Shown one piece after another: positions 1-9,682 of a stretch of 64,000 nt of DNA. Source of the DNA: an uncultured cyanobacterium (lineage in GTDB: Bacteria; Cyanobacteriota; Cyanobacteriia; PCC-9006; JAAUQQ01). The notes under the pieces were generated by a model. It saw only the letters and a program-made list of their open reading frames with translations. It had not been told where the DNA came from and made no database searches. Position 1 is the stretch's first letter. The number at the start of each line of letters is the position of its first letter. The DNA lies in contig OY970368.1 in NCBI GenBank assembly GCA_963718615.1, forward strand, positions 1,184,001 through 1,248,000, given 5' to 3'. Position numbers and translations under genes: made by a program.

Positions 1-293
1 CGCTCAGGTCGATAAGCCCGTCCGGCCCGTTCGGGGCGATCATTGCGGTCAGCACGAGCAGGCCGATCGGAGGCGTCAGGCCGGTCAGGTCGTTCTGAGC
101 GAGCGGGCCGGTCAGGTCGGTCTGAGCGAGCGGGTCGGTCAGGTCGGTCTGAGCGCGTGGGGCGGTCGGAACGGTCAGGGCGCTCAGGACGTCCCCCAGA
201 GGAGGATCGCTTGGCATCGCGTTTGGGGCCGCGCTGGGGGCGATTTCGGGAGAAGTTGGCGTCGCGATCGCCTCGGGAAGGTTTAGGAGCCAT
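1..293 (-). CDS. rlmB: 5' part of a gene with an R/D/P/S-rich low-complexity N-terminus, probably 23S rRNA (Gm2251) methyltransferase RlmB; runs off the window
   Basis: ATG at 293 reads MAPKPSRGDRDANFSRNRPQRGPKRD...SDRPDRPARSDRPD. It lies just downstream of mini-RNase III, matching the usual cyanobacterial STAS-miniIII-rlmB order. The catalytic domain is not in the window, so the call rests on synteny. Confidence 0.55.
   Translation of the reverse strand, partial: MAPKPSRGDRDANFSRNRPQRGPKRDAKRSSSGGRPERPDRSDRPTRSDRPDRPARSDRPDRPARSERPDRPDASDRPARADRNDRPERAGRAYRPE
62..190 (-). repeat. Coding tandem repeat (9/27-bp units, SDRPDRPAR-like)
   Basis: Repeated ggtcaggtcggtctgagcgagcgg units on the + strand. 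Confidence 0.8.
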
Positions 294-322
294 AAAAAAT
301 CACTCGTTATTCAAAGCGCTCG

Positions 323-700
323 TTATTCAAAGAGCAGGTATCCGAGGAGAAGTTGCAGACGCCCTGGATCGGTCAAATGCAAATAGCCTAAAAGGGCTTC
401 AAATCCACTGGCCTGACCATAGATTTCTGCATTCAGTCGTCGCGGCTTGCCCACTGCCGCATTGCGCCCCCGCCGTACGATCTCTTTCTCGTCTTCAGTG
501 AGCTGGGGCAATAACCGCTGAAGTTGCTCAGCTTGATGCTCTGCCCGCACATGGGCAACCACTTGCTCGTGGTACTGCTTGATTCGTCGCGGGGGCAAGA
601 GGTAATGCAAACGGACATGCAGCTCATAAACGGCATCACCGATATAGGACCATTGGACGGGAGATAGGCTTTGGGCTTGTTGGGAGGTTAGAGATTGCAA
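323..700 (-). CDS. mrnC: Mini-ribonuclease III
   Basis: YIGDAVYEL, RRGRNA and Y..ASGFEALLGYL RNase III motifs; no dsRBD. Confidence 0.9.
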   Translation of the reverse strand: MQSLTSQQAQSLSPVQWSYIGDAVYELHVRLHYLLPPRRIKQYHEQVVAHVRAEHQAEQLQRLLPQLTEDEKEIVRRGRNAAVGKPRRLNAEIYGQASGFEALLGYLHLTDPGRLQLLLGYLLFE

Positions 701-807
701 GGAACTATTCTGTAATCAAGTTCTGGCTCAAACGTCAAACGCTAAAAGAGTGTAAGACAGCTTGAACTGCCCTACACCCTTGCGCTTGAGTCTTTTAACA
801 GGATCTC

Positions 808-1176
808 CTAGGACGACTGCAAATTCTCTAGAGCGGCATCGACCGACGTTTGGAGCGACAGGAACTTGTCGAGCCGCACCATCTTGACGGTTTGTGTCAC
901 ACGGGCATTGGTCACGATCTGCAACAGACCTCCCTCATTTTGAGAGAGCTTCGCGACCTGGACTAATGCGCCAAGGCCCGAACTATCAATGAAATCAATT
1001 TTGGAAAGGTCCAAAATCACATTTTTGGGACCTTCGCCAATGCACTTGCCCAGAACTTTGATAAAGTTTGGCTCCGAGAAGGCATCGAGAAGACCCGTGA
1101 GGCGAAAGATTTGACAATTGTCCCTAACGTCTCGGGTGCCTCTTAAACTAACGGTTAGGGCTAGTTGTTCAGGGAT
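808..1176 (-). CDS. STAS-domain anti-sigma factor antagonist (122 aa, probable ATC start)
   Basis: DLSKIDFIDSSGLGALV STAS motif. The frame stays open upstream of the predicted GTG (IPEQLALTVSLRGTRDVRDNCQIFRLTGLLDAFSEP) to an ATC preceded by AGGAGG. Confidence 0.85.
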   Translation of the reverse strand: MPEQLALTVSLRGTRDVRDNCQIFRLTGLLDAFSEPNFIKVLGKCIGEGPKNVILDLSKIDFIDSSGLGALVQVAKLSQNEGGLLQIVTNARVTQTVKMVRLDKFLSLQTSVDAALENLQSS

Positions 1177-1477
1177 AAGCGCCTCCTTCTAGGGACTCCT
1201 AAATAGACTGGCTGGTTCTAGAGATCTAGCTTGCGAGATCGGCTCTAGAGAGGGGGGTAGATCGATTACCGCTTTGTACATTTATTCGTACATTTCAGCG
1301 AATCTACTTCGACCGGTTAAACTTCGACCCTAAAGTCGATTTTAGATGAAGGCCAGCGGTTAAGGCTGGGTGAATCTGTCGACGCTCCAGTATAGGTTAG
1401 GATTGTGCTCTCCGCAACAAATTTTCAGCCCTTTTCTGGAGCCAATTCTGATGGTAATCCCAGAGCTAGGCTAGAGC

Positions 1478-2641
1478 CTAGGAGGCTGTTGGGGATTGCG
1501 ATTGGCGATGGTTGACCATGGCGGTCACAAACTGCTCAAACAGGTAGTCAGAATCGTGGGGGCCAGGACTTGCTTCAGGGTGATACTGGACTGAGAACAA
1601 GGGTAGGGTTTTGTGACGAAGTCCGGCCACGGTGCGATCGTTGAGATTGAGATGGGTGATTTCTACATCCGCACCGAGGGATTCTTCCCGAATCGCAAAG
1701 CCATGGTTTTGGCTGGTGATTTCGACCTGCTGCTGGAGTCCGCAGGGTTGATTGAGACCGCGATGACCGAATTTGAGTTTGAAGGTTTCTGCGCCGAGGG
1801 AGAGACCGAGGATTTGGTGGCCCATGCAAATGCCGAACACCGGGCGTTCTTGCTGGAGGAGGGCTTTGGCTGCAGCGATGCCCTCGGTGACGGCGGCGGG
1901 GTCTCCGGGACCGTTGGATAGGAAGATTCCGTCGGGGTTGTGGCTGAGAATCTCCTCGGGTGAGGTGTCCGCTGGGACGACGATGACGCGACAGCCCAGG
2001 CTGGCCAAGCGTCGAAGAATATTGCGCTTAATGCCAAAGTCGAGGGCAACGACCGTGAGGGACGGTTCGATCGGTGCTTTGGCCTGGGGGCTGAATTCCC
2101 AGGAGGCTGCGGTGCGATCGCGCCATTCATACACTTCCCGCGTCGTCACGCGCTGCACCAAATTTAAGCCTTCCATGGAGGGCGCATCCTGAACCTGTTG
2201 GAGGAGCTCAACGGGATCGAGAATCTCAGTGGAAATGGCTCCGTTCATGGCCCCAACGGCACGGATTTTGCGGGTGAGGGCGCGGGTATCAATGCCGTAG
2301 ATGCCGGGAATGCCATGGTGTTTGAGATAGTCCGGCAGGGATTGGGTGGCACGCCAGTTGCTGGGGGTGCGGCAGATATTGCGGGCGATCGCCCCTTTCA
2401 CCGCCGGAGCGGCAGATTCTTCGTCTTCGGGATTGACGCCGGTATTGCCCAATTCGGGATAGGTAAATGTGACAATTTGACCACAGTAGCTGGGGTCGGT
2501 CAGAACTTCTTGATACCCGGTCATCCCGGTGTTGAAGACCACCTCGCCAATCGTGGTGCCTTTGGCTCCAAAGGCATAACCGCGATAGACCGTGCCATCG
2601 GCCAGTACGAGCAGGGCGGGTGGATCTGGGTTAAAGGGCAT
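1478..2641 (-). CDS. carA: Carbamoyl-phosphate synthase small subunit
   Basis: [35 protein letters not shown] and [12 protein letters not shown] motifs. Confidence 0.97.
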   Translation of the reverse strand: MPFNPDPPALLVLADGTVYRGYAFGAKGTTIGEVVFNTGMTGYQEVLTDPSYCGQIVTFTYPELGNTGVNPEDEESAAPAVKGAIARNICRTPSNWRATQSLPDYLKHHGIPGIYGIDTRALTRKIRAVGAMNGAISTEILDPVELLQQVQDAPSMEGLNLVQRVTTREVYEWRDRTAASWEFSPQAKAPIEPSLTVVALDFGIKRNILRRLASLGCRVIVVPADTSPEEILSHNPDGIFLSNGPGDPAAVTEGIAAAKALLQQERPVFGICMGHQILGLSLGAETFKLKFGHRGLNQPCGLQQQVEITSQNHGFAIREESLGADVEITHLNLNDRTVAGLRHKTLPLFSVQYHPEASPGPHDSDYLFEQFVTAMVNHRQSQSPTAS

Positions 2642-2723
2642 GACGAAACTCCGAAGCAAATCAGCTAATCCGTCGCCTATTATTTCATGTTTGGCCTATG
2701 GGAACTGTTGGGATGAAGCGGAA

Positions 2724-3758
2724 TTAAGGGGTTTGAAGAAAGGTCACAAGGGCTTCCAGTTTCTCCCAGGCGGCCCCGGATTGGAGGATGTCTTGGGCGA
2801 TGGCCAAACCCGCTGACGTGGTGGTGGCGCGATCGCCCACCTGCAAGGCCAAAGCGGCATTGAGGGCAACTACGTCCTGCTGGGCTTGGGTCCCTTTGCC
2901 CTGGAGCACCGCCTTGAGAATGGCCGCATTTTCCGCCACATCCCCTCCGACCAAGGCGCTCAGGGGAGCGGACGTGAGTCCTAAGCTTTGGGGATCGAGC
3001 ACCTGCGTTTGAACCTGACCGTCTCGCAGTTCAGCCACATCGGTGCGATCGCCTAGCCCCGCTTCGTCTAAGCGTTCGCGGCCATGGACGACCAAGGCTC
3101 GCTGGGTGCCCAGTTGACCGAGGGCTTCTGCTAAAACTTCAATGAGTGACGCATCGGCAACGCCCAGGACTTGCCCCGTCGGATTGAGCGGATTCACCAG
3201 CGGTCCCAACAGGTTAAACACCGTCCGCACCCCTAAGGTTTTACGCAGAGGCACTACGGCCTTCATTGCCGGATGCCAACCCGGTGCGAATAAAAAGGTA
3301 ATCCCGACCTCCTGCAGGGCCGCCTGAATTTTTTCAGCCGGAGCCCCCAGATTGATCCCTAGGGCTTCAAGCACATCCGCCGAACCCACCTTGCCGGAGG
3401 CCGAACGGTTGCCATGCTTAGCGACCGCCAGCCCCGTCGCAGCGGCGACAAAGGAAACGGCGGTGGAAATATTAAATGTCGAAGCGCCATCGCCCCCGGT
3501 GCCGCAGGTATCAATCACTGGACCGCTGATACCCGTTATTCCCGAATGGGCTTGGGCTTTGAGCACATTGGCCATCCCGGCCAGTTCTGCGGCGGAAACC
3601 CCCTTGGCCTGAATCGCCGCCAAAATAGCTCCGGAGGTGACTTCCGGAATCTCGTTTTTGAGCCAGCCTTCCATGAGCTGGGTTGCCTGCTCAAAGCTGA
3701 GGGACTGGCGATCAAGCAATTGTTGCAGCAGGGTAGACCAGTGGGACGTAGTCGGCAT
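2724..3758 (-). CDS. trpD: Anthranilate phosphoribosyltransferase
   Basis: [36 protein letters not shown] and [13 protein letters not shown] motifs. Confidence 0.97.
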   Translation of the reverse strand: MPTTSHWSTLLQQLLDRQSLSFEQATQLMEGWLKNEIPEVTSGAILAAIQAKGVSAAELAGMANVLKAQAHSGITGISGPVIDTCGTGGDGASTFNISTAVSFVAAATGLAVAKHGNRSASGKVGSADVLEALGINLGAPAEKIQAALQEVGITFLFAPGWHPAMKAVVPLRKTLGVRTVFNLLGPLVNPLNPTGQVLGVADASLIEVLAEALGQLGTQRALVVHGRERLDEAGLGDRTDVAELRDGQVQTQVLDPQSLGLTSAPLSALVGGDVAENAAILKAVLQGKGTQAQQDVVALNAALALQVGDRATTTSAGLAIAQDILQSGAAWEKLEALVTFLQTP

Positions 3759-4052
3759 GGTTCTAGCGGGGGGTAAGCAGGATTGACATTGTTCTGAAGA
3801 TTGCCATAATTATGCCGGTTTGATGCGGATTCTCTCTCAAGGGTCTGGCTTTTTGCCATCTTCCCAGGGCGCTGGCGAATCGATGCCAAATGCTCGATGC
3901 CAAATTGTTGTAGTGAGAGTCATGCTCAGTTGCGATCGCCATGCTAAGGTATGGCAGATTATGCGGCGGTTGAGAAAAAAGGCCTAGCCTCAAGGCTCAA
4001 CAGGCGCTTGCACAGGGACTTTGAGAGGAACGGGTCTGAGGAGTGCGGGATT

Positions 4053-5063
4053 ATGTATGAATTGCTCACGCAGGTTCTGCTGTGGATATTGATTGGCTAT
4101 ATTGCCTGGTTTCTCCTCAAGCAGTTTATTGATCCAAAGGTTTATACCTTTCTGGGATTTGCACTGCTGATTACGCTGTTGGTCATGGCGTTTTTTGACC
4201 CGGACCAAAATATTGTTTCGGAAGCCTGGAGCATCCTTTCGCTGCCGTTCAGGCCCCTGGGACTGGCGCTGATTTTTTTACTCAGTGTCTTTCCCTTTAA
4301 GGACATGGGTAAGTTTAAGTTTGTCCAGGATCGAATCTTCTGGGCGATCATGATCCTGCTAGTGAGCAGTGCTCCGGCCACGGCCTATTGGCTCCACAGC
4401 CAAGCGGAGCAGGATGTCACCACGCTGATCCGAAATTCAACGATTAATACGCCGGGGGTTATTGTCCTGCTCGGGCAAAACACAACCCATCCCCTGATTC
4501 CCCCCCGCACCCAGATCGAGCTGACGGAGCAGGGCGATCGCATTCGTTACACCGCTGAGCTCTACGCTAATCAGCCCGGTTCTACAGTGCTCGTGGCGAC
4601 GGACAGTCGCAATGATCTCTCGGGCGATCGCAATCTCCGACAGGAGGGCAATGATGTGCGGACGCTGTTGAGTGGCCTGGGGGTTCCAGCGACGAATATT
4701 CGCATTGTCGATCGCAGTCGGACGATTCGGGAGAGCGCCAAGCGGGTCCGCGATGTCTTGCAGGAAAGTTTTTCGGGAACCCGAGAGCTGCTGTTAGTCT
4801 CCTCGGCATTGGATATTCAGCGGGCAACGTTAACGTTTACAGAAGCACTGAAAAGCTTCAATGATGGGACAGGAGTCCGGATCGTTCCCCGCGCCACCGA
4901 TTTTGTCACCGTGCAAGACAGCGGCAATCTGCGGCGTCGCTTTAATTTTCCCAAGGATGTGGTTCCCAGCGAGGAAGCACTCTATCTCACCACCCAGGCT
5001 ATTCAGGAGCAGTTTCTTTCGGTTTACTATTTCTTGCGCGGTTGGTTGTCCTCAGTTTCCTAG
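4053..5063 (+). CDS. YdcF/DUF218 family membrane protein
   Basis: Four N-terminal TM segments, then IVLLG...GDRIRYTAELY...SRTIRESA...LLVSSALDIQRA DUF218-like motifs. Confidence 0.75.
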   Translation: MYELLTQVLLWILIGYIAWFLLKQFIDPKVYTFLGFALLITLLVMAFFDPDQNIVSEAWSILSLPFRPLGLALIFLLSVFPFKDMGKFKFVQDRIFWAIMILLVSSAPATAYWLHSQAEQDVTTLIRNSTINTPGVIVLLGQNTTHPLIPPRTQIELTEQGDRIRYTAELYANQPGSTVLVATDSRNDLSGDRNLRQEGNDVRTLLSGLGVPATNIRIVDRSRTIRESAKRVRDVLQESFSGTRELLLVSSALDIQRATLTFTEALKSFNDGTGVRIVPRATDFVTVQDSGNLRRRFNFPKDVVPSEEALYLTTQAIQEQFLSVYYFLRGWLSSVS

Positions 5064-5110
5064 TCCTCAGTTTCCTAGTCCTCGGTTTCCTAGTCCTCGG
5101 TTTCCTAGTC
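5048..5110 (+). repeat. 15-bp tandem repeat x4 (gtcctcRgtttccta) spanning the YdcF stop codon
   Basis: Directly visible. Confidence 0.95.
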
Positions 5111-5141
5111 TGGCCTTTTGGTCTGGCGTTTTGATAGGTCT

Positions 5142-6728
5142 ATGTCTGAATCTCGCCCCGCTCCCCCCCAGCTTCGGCCCTATCAGGCTCAGGTAATTAA
5201 CGATCTTTACGCCAAGCTGCGCGAGGGCTACCGTCGAGTTGCGATCATTGCCGGGACTGGCGCGGGAAAAACCGTCATTAGCGGACAAATCTGTGCCCAT
5301 GCAGAGGCCAAGGGCAGTCGACTGCTTTTTCTAGTGCATCTGGATGTGCTTGTGGGCCAGACCTACGAGAAAATGAAGCAGTTTGGCCTCCAATGTGGCT
5401 TTATTAAGGCGGGTTGGCCGGAGGATCCCGATGCACCGATCCAGATCGCCAGTGTGCAAACCATGGCTAAGCGAGATTGGTGGAAAACCTGGCCTGCGGA
5501 TGTGGTGTTTTACGATGAAGGCCACACGACGGTGTTTAGCCAGGTGGGGCAAGAGTTGCTCCACAATACCCATCCCCACGCCGTTCACTTGGCGATGACT
5601 GCTACGCCCTATCGGCTTGACCATGAGCAATTGGGAGATTATTTCGATACCTTGGTCGCGGCACCGCCCCCTGCGACGCTGCAACAAATGGGATTTCTTG
5701 CGCCGATGAAGTATTTCGGCATTCCCCAAGAGGGCCAGATGGATCTCGACGGGGTGCAGTTGATTGCTGGGGACTATGACGAAAAGCAACTGAAGAATGC
5801 TTGCGACCGCCCCGAATTAATCCAGCGGGTCGTCACCGAGTGGCAACGCCTGACGCCGGGAAAACGCACCATTGCCTTTTGTGTCGATGTTGGCCATGCG
5901 CGTCATGTGGCAGAGGCCTTTAAGCGGGAGGGGATCGCGGCGGATTATGTGGCGGGGAATACGCCGATCAAAAAACGGCAGAAGCTTTATGAGGCGATCG
6001 CCACGGGAGATCTGCGGGTGTTGACCTCTTGCAATGTTTTGAGTATTGGGTTTGATGTGCCGTCCATTGAGGTGGGGCTGTTGTTGCGACCGACGATGTC
6101 GATCGCGCTCCATCAACAGCAAATTGGTCGTGTCATGCGCATTAGTCCACACACGGGAAAAACCCACGGGATCATTTTGGACCAAGCGGGGAATTTGCAG
6201 CGGCTGGGATTCCCGGAGGATGTTACAACCTATGAGTTGCCCTACGGAACCTCAAGCCCGGAGCATCAACCGGGTCAAGGTCGTGCGGTACCTAAAAAAC
6301 AATGCCCGGAATGCAATGGCTATGTACAGACCTTTGCGATGGAATGCCCCGATTGTGGTTACGATTGGACCGCCGATCGCCCGATTTATACCCAAGAACT
6401 CATCGAACTGATGGGTCGAGAGCAGCTCTCCCAAATCACGGATGAACCAACCCGCTATCGACTGTTTCAAGCCTTTCGGCAACGAGCCTTTCGACGGGGC
6501 TATTTGCCCGATTTGGCGAAGCAACAATTTTTCGATTGCTTTGGCAACTGGCCCTACCCGGAATGGGATCGAGGGGCGATTTTTGGCAAAACGCCAACCT
6601 CAACTCAAGTCAATCAGTTTAAGCATTATTTAGGCTTAGTCGCGCAACGACGTGGGAAATCCATTACTTGGATTGTTGAAGAGTTTGAAAAGGAATTTGG
6701 TCCAGGTTCTTGGCAGAAAGCAGCCTAA
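5142..6728 (+). CDS. SF2 DEAD/DEAH-box helicase (RadD/YejH-like) with C-terminal Zn finger
   Basis: LRPYQ Q-motif, GTGAGKT, YDEGH, MTATP, GFDVP, QQIGRVMR, and CPEC...CPDC. Confidence 0.88.
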   Translation: MSESRPAPPQLRPYQAQVINDLYAKLREGYRRVAIIAGTGAGKTVISGQICAHAEAKGSRLLFLVHLDVLVGQTYEKMKQFGLQCGFIKAGWPEDPDAPIQIASVQTMAKRDWWKTWPADVVFYDEGHTTVFSQVGQELLHNTHPHAVHLAMTATPYRLDHEQLGDYFDTLVAAPPPATLQQMGFLAPMKYFGIPQEGQMDLDGVQLIAGDYDEKQLKNACDRPELIQRVVTEWQRLTPGKRTIAFCVDVGHARHVAEAFKREGIAADYVAGNTPIKKRQKLYEAIATGDLRVLTSCNVLSIGFDVPSIEVGLLLRPTMSIALHQQQIGRVMRISPHTGKTHGIILDQAGNLQRLGFPEDVTTYELPYGTSSPEHQPGQGRAVPKKQCPECNGYVQTFAMECPDCGYDWTADRPIYTQELIELMGREQLSQITDEPTRYRLFQAFRQRAFRRGYLPDLAKQQFFDCFGNWPYPEWDRGAIFGKTPTSTQVNQFKHYLGLVAQRRGKSITWIVEEFEKEFGPGSWQKAA

Positions 6729-6820
6729 TTTTTCTTCAAAAATAGCCCAGGCTAAAACCGTTGGGTTTCGCTGGGCTTAAGGCCAACCGATGGTCAACGA
6801 ACGTGATATGACATCAGGCT

Positions 6821-7249
6821 TTAGCGGGTTGAAATGACCTGGGTGAGGCGATCGAGACTTTCCGAAAGCTTTTGCTGAACCGCCAGTGCTGGATCCACTT
6901 CCGGTTCTGCTAAGGCTTCTTCCCGTTGCTGTTTGCGCTTTGCGGCTTCAAGGGCACGAATCATTAAAAAGATAACGAAGGCAATGACGATGAAGTTAAT
7001 GACTGCAGCCAAAAAGACCCCAACTTTAATACCATTGGGCGCAAACTGTTCAAGGGTATCAGCGCCTGCTGCTTGCATGACAGGATTAAGAATGACAGGC
7101 GTAATAATGTCCGTTATGAGGGAGTCAATGATTTTGCCAAAGGCTCCGCCAATGATAACAGCAACAGCAAGGTCAACCACGTTGCCTTGCATTAAAAACT
7201 CCTTAAAGTCCCCAAAAAAACCACGAGCTCGTCCATTAATCCTTGCCAT
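6821..7249 (-). CDS. mscL: Large-conductance mechanosensitive channel
   Basis: FKEFLMQGNVVDLAVAVIIGGAFGKII and FLAAVINFIVIAFVIF. Confidence 0.95.
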   Translation of the reverse strand: MARINGRARGFFGDFKEFLMQGNVVDLAVAVIIGGAFGKIIDSLITDIITPVILNPVMQAAGADTLEQFAPNGIKVGVFLAAVINFIVIAFVIFLMIRALEAAKRKQQREEALAEPEVDPALAVQQKLSESLDRLTQVISTR

Positions 7250-7424
7250 TGAACTCTCCTTTTTAGAGTACAAAACCCCGAGCGGTCTGATTTAAAAGGA
7301 TGCTATCACACAACCCTTACAAACCTGCGTCTTAGGAAGAGCGTTTCAAATGTTTTTCGAAGTAAAATTGCGGTTATTGCTGATAGGTTAGTACTCGCTT
7401 TTACCTGATGCGATTTAATGCCGC

Positions 7425-7739
7425 CTAGGGCTGGCGAAAACGACGGACTAAACCGGGGCGATCGCAAGCCGCTTCTCCATAAAAAGCCTGGAGATAACCA
7501 CTGGGTCCTAGCACCTGACACCATTCTTCGGCAGTTCCCCAAACTCGGAGGGGCTGGGCCAATGCCGCGATCGCAGCCAGCAGCGGACAAATTACCATCA
7601 GCAGCAGACATAGCTTGCACAGCGGCAAAACTGGGGTCGCATTGGGTGCGGAGTGGGGAGCCGTATTAGGAGCCGCATCGGGGTCGGCAGCCGGGGACAA
7701 CGGGGTTAGGCGAGGAGGAGCTTGAAGAGTCCTATGCAT
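7425..7739 (-). CDS. Hypothetical small membrane/secreted protein
   Basis: ATG-started 104-aa ORF with one hydrophobic helix, filling the gap between mscL and the tRNA; no family recognised. Confidence 0.4.
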   Translation of the reverse strand: MHRTLQAPPRLTPLSPAADPDAAPNTAPHSAPNATPVLPLCKLCLLLMVICPLLAAIAALAQPLRVWGTAEEWCQVLGPSGYLQAFYGEAACDRPGLVRRFRQP

Positions 7740-7936
7740 AGGGTGTGCGGGGAGCTTTTTCTTTCTGTAAAGAGAATGCCCAGAATCCCATCCTGGGCGA
7801 CAGTCGATGGGGTGAATGCATCATAGAAAAAACGTTGTGGCAGGATCAGCGGCTGCAATAAAACTTACAGGAGATTGCTCGCGATCGCCCACACACCCAT
7901 CAAACCTATTGTTTATTAACTTTTGATTGATCTAAA

Positions 7937-8010
7937 TCGGGATGGCGGGATTCGAACCCACGGCCCCTTCGTCCCGAACGAAGTGCGCTACCAAACTGCG
8001 CTACATCCCG
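7937..8010 (-). tRNA. tRNA-Pro (anticodon CGG)
   Basis: Reverse complement is CGGGATGTAGCGCAGTTTGGTAGCGCACTTCGTTCGGGACGAAGGGGCCGTGGGTTCGAATCCCGCCATCCCGA. It folds as a cloverleaf with a GTTCGAATC T-loop; CCA is not encoded. Confidence 0.96.
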
Positions 8011-8054
8011 TAATCGCTGTTAGCATAGCCCATTATAAAGCTATTCGTCACAAT

Positions 8055-9620
8055 TCAAGACATTTCCCCCAGGGTTTCAAGTTGGATGTGCAGGTTGCGC
8101 AGCAGCGTCAGTCGTCCGGCTTCAAGGCGAGCCGTCTCGCTAGGGCTGGTTTCTGGTAAAGGCCAATGGATGATTTGCCTAGCCTGCGGTTCATGGGCAG
8201 CGATCGCTGCCAAACCCGCTAGACTCAATTGTTCAAAATAGCGACGCACGGCCTGTTTTACGAGGAGGCTGGTGGTCCAGTCTGAAACCGAGGGGGCTGC
8301 AACCGAGTCAGCCGAAACCGAGGGACCGACTTGGGATGCTTTCTGGAGCTTGATCTGGGTTTCGATTTCGCGTCGGGGCTCATGGGGAAAGGGCATTTGG
8401 GGATCCGTAGGGCGATCGCACTCAAACAGATCGCAGGCTTTCTCGATCCAATCCACCCAATTCCGGCAGAGGCTTTCCCAGGGGGACTGGAGGGCGATCG
8501 CTTCCCATTGTTTAAAGGCTGATTGCTGAAAGGCTGAGCATTGGAGGGAGGCGATCGCCTCCCCTTCATAGCGCTGAAGCAGCGTCAGCGGCTCCAGCCA
8601 ATCCCGCAGAATTTTGAGATCTTGCTCAAAGCCCTGGCGGATCAAGACTTGGGCCTGTCGCTGAATGGTCCAACGTTCAACCTGTATGGGGTGGGCCGCA
8701 GCCGAAACCGCTGCGTCGAGCTGGGCGATGCGTTGGGCAAGGGTTTGCTGAAGCGTTTGCGTCAGTGCCAGGAGCTGAGGCCGGATCGAAATGTCCGGTT
8801 GGTGGGCTTGAACGAGGCGATCGAGGGCTGATTCCAGCGGCAAAATTCCCGAACTTTGCAGTGCTGCCCCATCGCCCTTAAGTCTGGCCCGCAGGGCCGG
8901 AAGGGCATCAACGCGGTACAAATTGCTGACGCCAGCGGGCAAGCGAGACCGAAAGCTCTCCGCCACAAATCGCATCCGATTCATCACCTGCTGCTGGTCG
9001 TTGGGTTCCAGTAAATTGAGAAAATTAACCACAAATAGCACCGTGTCAATGCCTCGGTCCTGTAACCAGTCCCGTAGATGTTCGCGCTCCCCCAGGGTCA
9101 TGAGCTTGCGGCCATCGAGGAGCTGAATCACCAGATCTGCGGTCAACAACTGGTTCTGCACCAGGTGATCTTGGGCGTCGCGATCGTCCGTGCCAGGGAG
9201 ATCCAAAAGCTCTACCCCTTGTTGCAAAAAGGGATGGGGACAGTCCACCTCCACCGCTGCCAGATCTTGGCGCAGATGGCCTTGGTCATCGAGTCGGGCA
9301 AATTCCTGGAGCAGCGCGGTGCCCTCGCCCACTTGAACCGAGCCATCCCGAAGCTTAATCCGGCTTTGCAGGGTTTGACCGTAGCGGACCCGAATCGCAG
9401 CCCCGGTGGTGGGAATGAGATCCATGGGCAATGCTTTTTCGCCCAGGATCGCGTTGAGGAGTGTGGATTTACCGTAATTAAAGGGGCCAAAGACTACGAT
9501 GCGGTAGCAGGGATGGGTGAGGCGATCGCCCAACTCTCCTAACTCCCGTCGCAAAGGATCCTGAGCCTCCAGTTCCAAGGCTCCAACCACCGAGCCCAGC
9601 AGATTTAGCAGGTTCAGCAT
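8055..9620 (-). CDS. Bacterial dynamin-like GTPase (start uncertain, 9620-9686)
   Basis: G1 GPFNYGKS, G2 PTT and G3 DLPG motifs followed by a helical C-terminus. Confidence 0.85.
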   Translation of the reverse strand: MLNLLNLLGSVVGALELEAQDPLRRELGELGDRLTHPCYRIVVFGPFNYGKSTLLNAILGEKALPMDLIPTTGAAIRVRYGQTLQSRIKLRDGSVQVGEGTALLQEFARLDDQGHLRQDLAAVEVDCPHPFLQQGVELLDLPGTDDRDAQDHLVQNQLLTADLVIQLLDGRKLMTLGEREHLRDWLQDRGIDTVLFVVNFLNLLEPNDQQQVMNRMRFVAESFRSRLPAGVSNLYRVDALPALRARLKGDGAALQSSGILPLESALDRLVQAHQPDISIRPQLLALTQTLQQTLAQRIAQLDAAVSAAAHPIQVERWTIQRQAQVLIRQGFEQDLKILRDWLEPLTLLQRYEGEAIASLQCSAFQQSAFKQWEAIALQSPWESLCRNWVDWIEKACDLFECDRPTDPQMPFPHEPRREIETQIKLQKASQVGPSVSADSVAAPSVSDWTTSLLVKQAVRRYFEQLSLAGLAAIAAHEPQARQIIHWPLPETSPSETARLEAGRLTLLRNLHIQLETLGEMS

Positions 9621-9682
9621 TGGCAATACTGGCAACACGGGTAATACTGACAACACTTTTGTAACCCCAAAACCCCTCAGGC

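Noticed and set aside
43-501. 152-aa plus-strand ORF with GRSERA repeats
   Set aside because: It is the antisense shadow of the repetitive minus-strand gene and of mini-RNase III.
5048-5110. Short repeat arrays as possible CRISPR (also 34981-35038 and 54032-54071)
   Set aside because: Units are 12-15 bp, essentially contiguous and without unique spacers, and there are no cas genes.
7937-8010. tRNA-Pro as a prophage/island integration site
   Set aside because: No integrase nearby and no duplicated tRNA 3' end was noticed.
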